From Bacteriovoracaceae bacterium (GTDB lineage: Bacteria > Bdellovibrionota > Bacteriovoracia > Bacteriovoracales > Bacteriovoracaceae): a stretch of DNA of 42,145 nucleotides. Positions 21,405 through 29,783 of this stretch are shown here, one piece after another (position 1 is the first letter of the stretch; every line of letters starts with the position of its first letter). A program made the position numbers and the translations under genes. The notes below the pieces were generated by a model. That model worked only from the letters and a program-made list of their open reading frames with translations, was not told the origin of the DNA and did no database searches. The stretch lies in NCBI GenBank assembly GCA_965217035.1, contig OZ244226.1:806001-848145 (forward strand), in the 5' to 3' direction.

Positions 21405-21847
21405 TAAAACCACCTTCTCATTTCATAAATCGCCATACCAAGCCCGATAAGAAGCAAGACCCTTCCCATGTACTGGCCAACCTTAGACTCGGGGTTCATC
21501 CAAACATCTTGAATTCTTTTTTTACGTGGTGCTGGGTTAGCTTCTATCATGCTATCAAGTTGTTCTTTGCTTAAAACCGAGTCTTGGTCGAGAACAACTC
21601 GAAGCTGATTGAGCACTTCGCGATCTTCGTCACTAATAACTTCATTTAAATCATCAAATGAAAACTCAATTTCCTTGAGATCCTTCGAATCTGGCTCTAT
21701 ATCTTTTGTTGCGTATGCTGACCTGGTTAATGTGAAGTTGGGATTAGCTTGAGTCGCAGAATCACGAACCTCATAAAGGATTTCATATTTATTAAGAATC
21801 TCAGTAATACCTATGATCTCGGATTTGGAAAAACTCGAAAGAATCAT
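21404..21847 (-). CDS. Hypothetical C-terminally anchored membrane protein (paralog of 21850-22248)
   Basis: Shares SxSEI, YxVR, DLxEIEF and RxxxDQD with its neighbour; C-terminal TM. Confidence 0.7.
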   Translation of the reverse strand: MILSSFSKSEIIGITEILNKYEILYEVRDSATQANPNFTLTRSAYATKDIEPDSKDLKEIEFSFDDLNEVISDEDREVLNQLRVVLDQDSVLSKEQLDSMIEANPAPRKKRIQDVWMNPESKVGQYMGRVLLLIGLGMAIYEMRRWF

Positions 21848-21849
21848 CT

Positions 21850-22248
21850 TTATTTCCTTAGGTAAATTAAACCAAGCAAAAATAATAAAAGAAGAAAACC
21901 AGCAATAATTCCCTCTTTAAGCTGAATACTCCGGTTCACTCCTTCAACTACTCTTCTATACTCTTGATCACTTATCATCTCATCTTGATCGATCATAATG
22001 CGGCAACCGAGTAAAATTTGGGACTCTTCCTTGTTAACCTTTCCCTTTAGAAAGGTTGGATCGAACTCAATCTCCAATAAGTCCGTTGAAGCGACATTGA
22101 GATGATAAGCACCAACCCAATCTTGCTTCATCTGATTATTATGTTCTTGCATATAGTCACTAATTCGTACTTTATATGGGCAGCCATAAAGCTCTAAAAC
22201 ACCTGTAACCTTCTTAATTTCACTTTCAGATAATCCTGTATAAATCAT
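21850..22248 (-). CDS. Hypothetical C-terminally anchored membrane protein
   Basis: Paralog of the downstream gene; C-terminal TM plus RK tail. Confidence 0.7.
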   Translation of the reverse strand: MIYTGLSESEIKKVTGVLELYGCPYKVRISDYMQEHNNQMKQDWVGAYHLNVASTDLLEIEFDPTFLKGKVNKEESQILLGCRIMIDQDEMISDQEYRRVVEGVNRSIQLKEGIIAGFLLLLFLLGLIYLRK

Positions 22249-22316
22249 GCATACATAATATCATAAGTATGTATATCTGCATAAAAACATGTTAAAGTAC
22301 ATAAATGGAGGAAAAA

Positions 22317-22703
22317 ATGAATAAAGACTTAATCGTCAAAAAGTATTATTGGATACGTTCGAAAGATGGAGTTTTAGGTGGTGTTTTCAAAGGAGTTGGA
22401 CAAGCATTTGATATTAATCCCAACCTTTTGAGAGCTCTCTACCTGCTTTCAGTGTTTGGTTTTGGTGTTGGTTTTGTACTCTATCCGCTTTGCTGGATTC
22501 TCTTACCAAGAGAAGATCTTTTAACTGATTATTACCGTCCGAAAATACTGGGAGTCTGTCAAAGAATAAGCAATAAAACAGCTGTTGAGTTACCGCTTAT
22601 AAGACTCATCGCCTTCATCACACTTTTTGCTTCATTTGGGACAACCTTGTTGATCTACATACTTCTTCACTTCCTTCTAGATGAATCAGTGTCTCATTCT
22701 TGA
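22317..22703 (+). CDS. PspC-domain protein with two PspC units
   Basis: RSKDGVLGGVFKGVG and KILGVCQRIS units, each followed by TM helices; start at 22317 after GGAGG (ORF track 22305). Confidence 0.85.
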   Translation: MNKDLIVKKYYWIRSKDGVLGGVFKGVGQAFDINPNLLRALYLLSVFGFGVGFVLYPLCWILLPREDLLTDYYRPKILGVCQRISNKTAVELPLIRLIAFITLFASFGTTLLIYILLHFLLDESVSHS

Positions 22704-22761
22704 GAGAATTGATCGCTTAAAAACGACTCATAAATAAAGGCTAGCTACCGATAAGTAGGAA

Positions 22762-25374
22762 ATGAGATATTTAATTATCTTTTTTCTCACTAGTGCATTG
22801 TGGGCAGGGGAAAACATTTTAATTCCTCCACATGTTAAAACTCAAAGACAACTCGCGAAAACTCGCGTGTGGCCTTATCTCAAAGAACTTCCCAAGAATA
22901 TTTTTACATGCACTTGGCACACCTTGCGTGGCTCTTCTTACCACCGAATCTTAAGAAGAGAAGGTCCTGATGGTTATAAAAAAATTTTTAAATACAATAG
23001 CATTAAGCGCCAACCAAGAACTGAAAATCAATTTTCTTTCGACAATGGTGCCGTCGGTGAAGTTTGTTCTAGAGACTTTGGCTATTGTCGCGGCTTCTCA
23101 ACTCAACAGGGTCGTACCTGGCTTCGGCTGGGACATTTTGATCCGAAAAATATTAGCGGGATTGATTACCCTACTGATGTTGGTTCAGATAAATGGTTTA
23201 ATTTTTATAAAGAGATTATCGATAAAATTATGGCCGAGAAAAAGCCAGCGATTGTTCCTGGCTACGAAAACCTTTATCTTTTTTCAAAATCACATCCAAG
23301 AATTACAAGATATCTAAAAGAACGCATCGCTCTGAGTTGGGCCGAAGAAAATATTAATATTTCAAGTTACTTAAAAATTGGTCGCTCGATTTACAATAAA
23401 TTCACCCCGGATGAAGCTCTCAAGCTTCATAAAAAACTTCATTTTAGAATTAACGAATTAAATGTTAATCCCATCGTTTGGGTTTCTCAACCAGCCGGAG
23501 GAGAAAAACCTTTTCTTGGAATAGATGAGGGAGCGGGTATCCACGTAATGCAAGCTTATCGTATTGACCCTATTGATGATGCTGGTTACTTTACAGTTTA
23601 TTTCTGGGATATTTACTCTCCTCATAATGCAGACAATGCAATATCGACTTATAGAATATCAACAAAACAAGCTCGCTCGAATGGCAGGGCCGTCGTCAAA
23701 AAAAAATTTGGATCTAGGACGAAGCCTAATGGTGACGTCTTTAATCCCGCAGACTTTGCAGACATGGACCTTGTACCTTTTGATGATATGGAAATAGGTA
23801 GAGATGCTTATAATTTAGCAAAGTTTTACGAAGAGAATCCAACGTTTTCTCGTTATTTAGAAAAAAGATACAAAGACTTCATTGAGAACCCTCCTCCAAA
23901 GTTTAGAGTTCCTTATGAAGGAGATTACCTTCCAAAAATTATTTTACCTGATGGAAGCATTTATGAAGTTCCAAGAAAATACATGAGCTTCAACGGAAAC
24001 ATGTGGGTTCAGCCAGATGAGGTCAATGATTTTCCCAAAGCTGTCCGAGATATCTTTGATAAATATTTAGGAGATAGATGGAGAGAAGGTGAAGAAATTC
24101 ACAATACGAATTTCCAAATTCCTAAACCTTATATCTACGTTGAAGATGGAGTCGAAAAAACTTTTGAATTTAAAATCAGTTGGTTTAATTACGAAGGGGG
24201 TTTCCTCCCTGATGAAAGTTTTTATACAAACTTACCAGCTGAACTGGCACTAAGATTTAAGGAATATACTGCTCAATGGCCAAAGATTAAAAAGAGAATT
24301 GATCTACGCTATATGTTCGATCATTACTTAGAAAGAGACATTTATGATCCCAAAAGTAACGAATATGAGCCAATTTGGACAGCAACTATAGAGTTTTTTG
24401 AAGATGGCTTTTTTAGAATCCCAGAAGAGTATAAAGACTTAGTTCCAGAAGAAGCAATTTCTTATTTCAAAAAACAGAATGCATGGCCTATTAAGAAGCC
24501 CATACTGCTTGAATACGTTGACGAAGGAAATCGAACTTTCCATATCGGTGATGAAAAATATATTTTCCCAATCGAATGGTATACCAATGTTAAAGAAGCT
24601 GAGATCCGTGTCCCAAAAAATAAGATTGATGGTCTACCAAAATCCTTCAAAGAATATGTTTTAAAATACCATCAAAGTCGAAATGATTATATTACTCTTG
24701 ATCCTCAATTCATGAGAAATTCAGCTATTAGTTATAAAGAAAAACAATATCTTTTTCCTAAAAAGTGGTTCAACAAGATTGATGACCTCGATGAATGGGC
24801 ACCATGGCAAATCGAAATTCCAGATGAAGATCTTGGAAAAGTCTCTCCACTGTATCGCGAAATCATAGTTGGTAAAGGGGGGGCTTGGCCTCCGAAATAT
24901 CGAAACTTTGGGAATTATGCACCAACTATTACTCATCAAGATGGATCAAAGTTCACTTTTCCTTTGGCCTGGGTCACACCTCAAGGATATTTTAAAATTC
25001 CGCCAGGACAAGAGAAGATTCTTCCTCAAAGAGTCATGCAAGATATTTTCTCTGCAGGTCCAAATAAAATGCCATTCACTCGCCCTGTCGATATTCATGA
25101 ATTACAACTCACTCCTGTGAAACTCGAGAATGGAGAACTTTTCCTTTGGCCAATTGAGTGGATGCAAGCTGAATTTGGGAGTATCAAACTTCCAAAGAGA
25201 GTCGAAGATATAGAAGCTGCTCTTCCTCTTGAAATACAAAAAAAGATAAAAGCAATGAGTAAAGGGAAATATCCGGAAGATCGAGTTATTGAGACTTGGA
25301 TGTTCAACCAAAACTTTGACTCAGAGGTTGACTTTAATATCCCCAATACTCCAGATGATTTTTTCTTTGATTGA
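22762..25374 (+). CDS. Secreted hypothetical protein: putative papain-like domain plus C-terminal repeats
   Basis: Signal peptide (ALWA); N-terminal ~370 aa paralogous to the next gene; ~7 degenerate Pro/Trp-rich repeats. Confidence 0.75.
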   Translation: MRYLIIFFLTSALWAGENILIPPHVKTQRQLAKTRVWPYLKELPKNIFTCTWHTLRGSSYHRILRREGPDGYKKIFKYNSIKRQPRTENQFSFDNGAVGEVCSRDFGYCRGFSTQQGRTWLRLGHFDPKNISGIDYPTDVGSDKWFNFYKEIIDKIMAEKKPAIVPGYENLYLFSKSHPRITRYLKERIALSWAEENINISSYLKIGRSIYNKFTPDEALKLHKKLHFRINELNVNPIVWVSQPAGGEKPFLGIDEGAGIHVMQAYRIDPIDDAGYFTVYFWDIYSPHNADNAISTYRISTKQARSNGRAVVKKKFGSRTKPNGDVFNPADFADMDLVPFDDMEIGRDAYNLAKFYEENPTFSRYLEKRYKDFIENPPPKFRVPYEGDYLPKIILPDGSIYEVPRKYMSFNGNMWVQPDEVNDFPKAVRDIFDKYLGDRWREGEEIHNTNFQIPKPYIYVEDGVEKTFEFKISWFNYEGGFLPDESFYTNLPAELALRFKEYTAQWPKIKKRIDLRYMFDHYLERDIYDPKSNEYEPIWTATIEFFEDGFFRIPEEYKDLVPEEAISYFKKQNAWPIKKPILLEYVDEGNRTFHIGDEKYIFPIEWYTNVKEAEIRVPKNKIDGLPKSFKEYVLKYHQSRNDYITLDPQFMRNSAISYKEKQYLFPKKWFNKIDDLDEWAPWQIEIPDEDLGKVSPLYREIIVGKGGAWPPKYRNFGNYAPTITHQDGSKFTFPLAWVTPQGYFKIPPGQEKILPQRVMQDIFSAGPNKMPFTRPVDIHELQLTPVKLENGELFLWPIEWMQAEFGSIKLPKRVEDIEAALPLEIQKKIKAMSKGKYPEDRVIETWMFNQNFDSEVDFNIPNTPDDFFFD

Positions 25375-25389
25375 TATAGGATTGATGCG

Positions 25390-26529
25390 ATGAGAGTACT
25401 AATTTTTTTTATTTTTTTAAGTTCAAATTCTTTTTCACAAGGAGATATTCCTAATATTCTGATTCCTCCCCATATAAAAACTCAAAGAGAGCTCCTCAAA
25501 TACCAAGCTTTAAAATACCTAAAAACAATTCCTCGTAAACTCATTGATTGCACTCGATTTCTTTTTAGAGGCTCTAGCTATCATCGAATTTTGAGAAGAG
25601 AGGGACCAAAAGGTTATCGCGGTATTTTTAAACTCAACCATTCAAAAAGATTTCCTAATACAAGTAACCAATTCTCTTTTAATTATAGGGAGCTCAAGGA
25701 TGTCTGTGATATTCAGTATGGCACCTGTCAGGGTTATACAGGAAGTATGATTCTTTGGAATCGTCTCGCTCATTTTGACCCTCAAAATATAAGTGGAGCA
25801 AACTTTCCTACTGACGTTGGGAGTGACGAATGGTTTGAGTATTACAAAGTCCTTATAGATAAAATTCAAGGGGACAGAGATCCTGTCATTATTCCGGGTT
25901 ATAAACATCTCAGGCAATTTTCTAGTTCACACCCAAGAATTAAGAAGTATCTTAAAGAGCATGTTTTACTCGAGTGGGCCGAAAGAAATGCAAACCTAGA
26001 AGGATATTTTAAAATCTTTAATTCCGTCAGAAACAATTACTCGTTCAGAGAAGCAAAGATACTTCACACTAAACTTAATAAAAGTATTAATGAGTTAGGC
26101 TTTAACCCTGCAGTATGGATCGCCCAACCTGCTAAATATGAGGATAAGCCAGACAATGTTTATATTCATGTCATGCAAGCTTTTCGAGTCGATGATATAA
26201 ATCCAGAAACAGGAAGTTTTGATGTTCACTTTTGGGATATCGGAAATGCTTATAACGCTAATAGATCAGTAAGAGTTTACACCATTTCAACAACTGAACT
26301 TGCTCCTAATGGTAGAGTGAAAGTCATTGAGAAAAGACTAAAACCAAATGGTGATGTCTATGAAAACGGAGAATATTTTGACATTGCCGAGATGGAAATC
26401 ATGCCATTTGATAATACTGAAGCAGGAAGAGATGCAGCTAAGCTAATTAAGTTCTACAAAGAGAACCCAGTCTTCGCTGAGCACCTAGAAAAAGAAGCTA
26501 ATAGATGGCTTGAAGAAAATAGTCCTTAA
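25390..26529 (+). CDS. Secreted hypothetical protein, putative papain-like domain only
   Basis: Shared blocks NILIPPHxKTQR, RGSSYHRILRREGP, HFDPxNISG, IHVMQA and FWDI with the upstream gene. Confidence 0.78.
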   Translation: MRVLIFFIFLSSNSFSQGDIPNILIPPHIKTQRELLKYQALKYLKTIPRKLIDCTRFLFRGSSYHRILRREGPKGYRGIFKLNHSKRFPNTSNQFSFNYRELKDVCDIQYGTCQGYTGSMILWNRLAHFDPQNISGANFPTDVGSDEWFEYYKVLIDKIQGDRDPVIIPGYKHLRQFSSSHPRIKKYLKEHVLLEWAERNANLEGYFKIFNSVRNNYSFREAKILHTKLNKSINELGFNPAVWIAQPAKYEDKPDNVYIHVMQAFRVDDINPETGSFDVHFWDIGNAYNANRSVRVYTISTTELAPNGRVKVIEKRLKPNGDVYENGEYFDIAEMEIMPFDNTEAGRDAAKLIKFYKENPVFAEHLEKEANRWLEENSP

Positions 26530-26926
26530 CTAATAAAAAACAATTTAAGAAGCTGGAAGAAGAAGTCGATTCTCCCAGCTTAAGAAGAAAACTGTTCATT
26601 TTAATTTCTTTCTTTTTTCAAAGACTCTTCGAGACAAGAAAACGACAATCCAACGCCTTAAAACTTTGGACCTGAGCGACACTAAAGAGTCGCCCAATTA
26701 ATAATCATAAGAATTTCATTTCTTTCTCACTTTGCTATTACTTCTTTGATTGAAAGTCATTTGCCCAGGGATCGTCGAAATAAGCCTAAAAGAAGTCAAC
26801 GAGCTAAAGCATGTGTGACACAGTTTCTTTTTCTTACAATGGAGGGCCTAAAAAAACGCGCTGTGTCTCAATTCTAGTAAAACTCAAAATAAGTTTATAT
26901 TATAACGACACAAAAAAAGGACTATC

Positions 26927-28402
26927 ATGAAAATCACCAAACCGGCGAAAGAGATCAATATTCATAATTTTGTGAATAATGAGTGGGTTGAAGCTAGTGG
27001 AAATTCGCTGGATATCACAAGCCCCTACTTTGGAAATACTATAGGCTCGTTAAAAGAGAGCTCTACTGCCGATCTTGATAAGGTTGTTGCCACTGCTGTT
27101 GAAGCTCAGAAAGCTTGGGCCCGCCAACCTATCAAAGAACGAACGAGAGTTATGTTTAACTTGCGGGAACAACTTCTTACTGATGCCGACAAAATTTCGG
27201 AGATCGTAAGTCTTGAGAATGGGAAAACTTTTGCAGAATCAAAAGCAGGGCTCATGAAAGGTATTGAAGTTCTTGAATTTGCTATCGGTATTCAGAATCT
27301 CGACCTTGGTGGCAAGATGGAAGTTTCTCGAGGAGTCTTTTGTGAATACAGACGACGACCCGTTGGAGTTGTTGCAAGTATCACTCCTTTTAACTTTCCA
27401 GCAATGGTTCCTATGTGGACTCTCCCAATTGCTATCGTGCTTGGAAATGCTTATATCTGGAAGCCTTCTGAAAAAACTCCTTTAACTTCCTATTATCTAG
27501 CTGAAGCTTTTAAAAAGGCTGGACTCCCCGCTGGTGTTCTTTCAGTTGTTCAAGGAGGAAAGGATATTGTTGAGGCCATCCTTGATCATAAAGAAATAAA
27601 CGCTGCTGCTTTTGTTGGATCAAGTAAAGTCGCTCAAATTGTATATGAACGTGGTGCTAAAAATGGAAAAAGGACACTCGCTCTTGGTGGTGCTAAAAAT
27701 CATATTATTTTACTTCCTGATGCGAATGAAGAACTCACGGGTAAAGGGATTAGTGATTCCTTTACTGGCTGTGCAGGTCAACGTTGCATGGCCGCATCAG
27801 TTCTCCTTGCTGTAGGAAACTGTGATACCCATATTCAAAAAATTAAAGAACGTGCTGAAAGCATGGAACTTGGAAACACAATGGGTGCCATCATCACTAA
27901 GGAACAACTTGATTTTCTCAATGGAGCAATAGAAAAGGCTGTCAATGAAGGAGCGACTCTACTGCTTGATGGAAGAAATCCAAAAGTTGATTCAAGTTAT
28001 GAGGGTGGTTATTGGTTAGCCCCAACGATTCTCGACAATGTAAAACCAGAGATGGAAGCAGCCAATCGAGAACTCTTTGGACCAATCCTTTCGATTGTAA
28101 GATGTAATAGCATCTCTGAAGCTATGAATATTGAAAACAATAACCCCTATGGAAACGCCTGTTCCGTCTTTACTTCTAGTGGACCACTCGCTGAGTCAGT
28201 GATCTCTCAAGCGAATGCAGGTATGGTAGGAGTCAATATTGGAGTTCCAGTTCCAAGAGAACCCTTTTCTTTTGGTGGGATCAATTATTCAAAATTTGGT
28301 CATGGAGATATTACGGGTCACCACTCCCTAGACTTTTGGACAGATGTAAAAAAAGTCACAACAAAGTGGGAAAAACAAACAGATGAAAATTGGATGAGCT
28401 AG
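26927..28402 (+). CDS. mmsA: CoA-acylating (methyl)malonate-semialdehyde dehydrogenase
   Basis: ITPFNFPAMVPMW, KPSEKTP, LGGAKNH, catalytic AGQRCMA, ELFGP and GVNIGVPVP. Confidence 0.92.
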   Translation: MKITKPAKEINIHNFVNNEWVEASGNSLDITSPYFGNTIGSLKESSTADLDKVVATAVEAQKAWARQPIKERTRVMFNLREQLLTDADKISEIVSLENGKTFAESKAGLMKGIEVLEFAIGIQNLDLGGKMEVSRGVFCEYRRRPVGVVASITPFNFPAMVPMWTLPIAIVLGNAYIWKPSEKTPLTSYYLAEAFKKAGLPAGVLSVVQGGKDIVEAILDHKEINAAAFVGSSKVAQIVYERGAKNGKRTLALGGAKNHIILLPDANEELTGKGISDSFTGCAGQRCMAASVLLAVGNCDTHIQKIKERAESMELGNTMGAIITKEQLDFLNGAIEKAVNEGATLLLDGRNPKVDSSYEGGYWLAPTILDNVKPEMEAANRELFGPILSIVRCNSISEAMNIENNNPYGNACSVFTSSGPLAESVISQANAGMVGVNIGVPVPREPFSFGGINYSKFGHGDITGHHSLDFWTDVKKVTTKWEKQTDENWMS

Positions 28403-28410
28403 AAAATGAT

Positions 28411-28521
28411 TAAAGTGTTTCGATTTTTTCTTTTGAGTAGGCGAAGCACGCGCAGCTGTATCCAGGAACTATACCGCAAGGGGGCTTCAACACCCTCAGA
28501 AGGAAAAACAGGAACACTCTA
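28411..28521 (+). repeat. Structured palindromic element, copy 2 (ERIC/RPE-like architecture)
   Basis: Outer stem 28414-28437 with 28495-28518 (22 of 24 positions paired, including G-U); core TAGGCGA...AGCTGTAT...ATAC.GC...TCAAC shared with 9116-9223; bounded by TA at both ends. Confidence 0.82.
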
Positions 28522-29783
28522 TGAGTAAACACGAATTTAAGAGACAATCACACGTCGTTCTAACATCACACACAAATCAAATCTACAAAGATATTCCTGA
28601 TGTCGATTGGGGAAATAAAGATCCGAAAAGAAGAGGACCTGTTATTGCAACAATCAGCGATAAATCGAATAGAAACGCCATTGGGACGCATTCTGGAAGT
28701 TACACTGTTTATCGGGCCCTTTCTATCGCCGCAGGTCACTTTCCTCAAGATCATAAAGCAGATCTCGAAAATACTGAAGCAACAACAAAAATAGGTCCTT
28801 ACCCTTCTTGGACAGATCCTAAAAAAATCGTTTCCATCGACCCATGGGGAGCAAAAATCAATGAGCACTTTGGTGACTTAATCGAAGAAGGAATGGATAT
28901 CCGTCCAAGTATTGCAATTACTCAAGCAAGACTGCATATTCCTGAAATTCAAAAAAATATTGAAGATGGAAAACTTGAAATCGATGGTGATATCGTTTGT
29001 GAAGACAAAAGTATTAAAACCACAAAAGTTGCAATCGAACCTGTTTGGTATCTTCCAGGAATGGCAAAACGATTTGGTATGGAAGAAGGTGAACTTCGAA
29101 AAATTCTGTTTCAGGAAACGGGAGGAATGTTTCCGGAACTTGTCACTCGCCCTGACCTAAAGATATTGCTCCCTCCTATTGGAAGTAGCACTGCTTATAT
29201 TTTTGGAGACCCATCAAAACTTGCTGATCCAAAAACGGAACTCACTTGCCGAGTTCATGATGAATGTAATGGCTCTGATGTTTTTGGTTCTGATATTTGT
29301 ACTTGCCGCCCTTATCTCACTTATGGGATTGAAGATGCAGCAAGAACAGCTCAGAAAGGTGGAGTTGGCCTTATTGTTTATTTTAGAAAAGAGGGTCGAG
29401 CGCTCGGTGAAGTCACAAAATTTCTCGTTTATAATGCTCGTAAACGCCAAGAAGGTGGTGATAGCGCAGCTACATATTTTCACAGAACTGAATGTGTCGC
29501 TGGTGTCGAAGATGCTCGCTTCCAAGAACTAATGCCAGATGTTCTTCATTATCTAGGTGTCAAAAAGATTCATAATCTCCACTCCATGAGTAATATGAAA
29601 TATGATGCAATCGTTGGTAGCGGAATAGAAGTCGTTAACCGTCTTTCAATTCCCGATGACCTTATTCCTGCAGATGCTCAAGTTGAAATGGAAGCCAAAA
29701 AAGCTGCGGGATATTTTACAGAAGGTGAAATCAAGTCTGGGGATAAACTTGAAAAAGTCAAAGGAAGAGAAATTGATGAGTAA
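28521..29783 (+). CDS. URC1/urg1-type GTP cyclohydrolase II-like protein
   Basis: N-terminal extension RGPVIAT...RNAIGTHSGSYTVYRAL; Zn motif RVHDECNGSDVFGSDICTCRP; RKEGRALGEV; SMSNMKY. Confidence 0.92.
   Translation: MSKHEFKRQSHVVLTSHTNQIYKDIPDVDWGNKDPKRRGPVIATISDKSNRNAIGTHSGSYTVYRALSIAAGHFPQDHKADLENTEATTKIGPYPSWTDPKKIVSIDPWGAKINEHFGDLIEEGMDIRPSIAITQARLHIPEIQKNIEDGKLEIDGDIVCEDKSIKTTKVAIEPVWYLPGMAKRFGMEEGELRKILFQETGGMFPELVTRPDLKILLPPIGSSTAYIFGDPSKLADPKTELTCRVHDECNGSDVFGSDICTCRPYLTYGIEDAARTAQKGGVGLIVYFRKEGRALGEVTKFLVYNARKRQEGGDSAATYFHRTECVAGVEDARFQELMPDVLHYLGVKKIHNLHSMSNMKYDAIVGSGIEVVNRLSIPDDLIPADAQVEMEAKKAAGYFTEGEIKSGDKLEKVKGREIDE

Noticed and set aside
26501..26719. Minus-strand frame MKFL*LLIGRLFSVAQ... 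as TGA readthrough or alternative genetic code
   Set aside because: TGA terminates several clear genes here; the signal-peptide resemblance is weak, at most a remnant.
9116..28521. CRISPR array, tRNA or known riboswitch reading of the two palindromic elements
   Set aside because: Two isolated copies 19 kb apart, no spacers or cas genes, no cloverleaf or TTCGA T-loop, and no riboswitch consensus I can recognise.
29656..29775. 40-aa N-terminal extension of URC4 in the ORF track
   Set aside because: Overlaps the URC1 coding region; the ATG at 29776 fits a normal short overlap.
28521..29783. Riboflavin biosynthesis ribA
   Set aside because: The long URC1-type N-terminal domain and the DUF1688-upp context point to uracil catabolism; no rib genes nearby.
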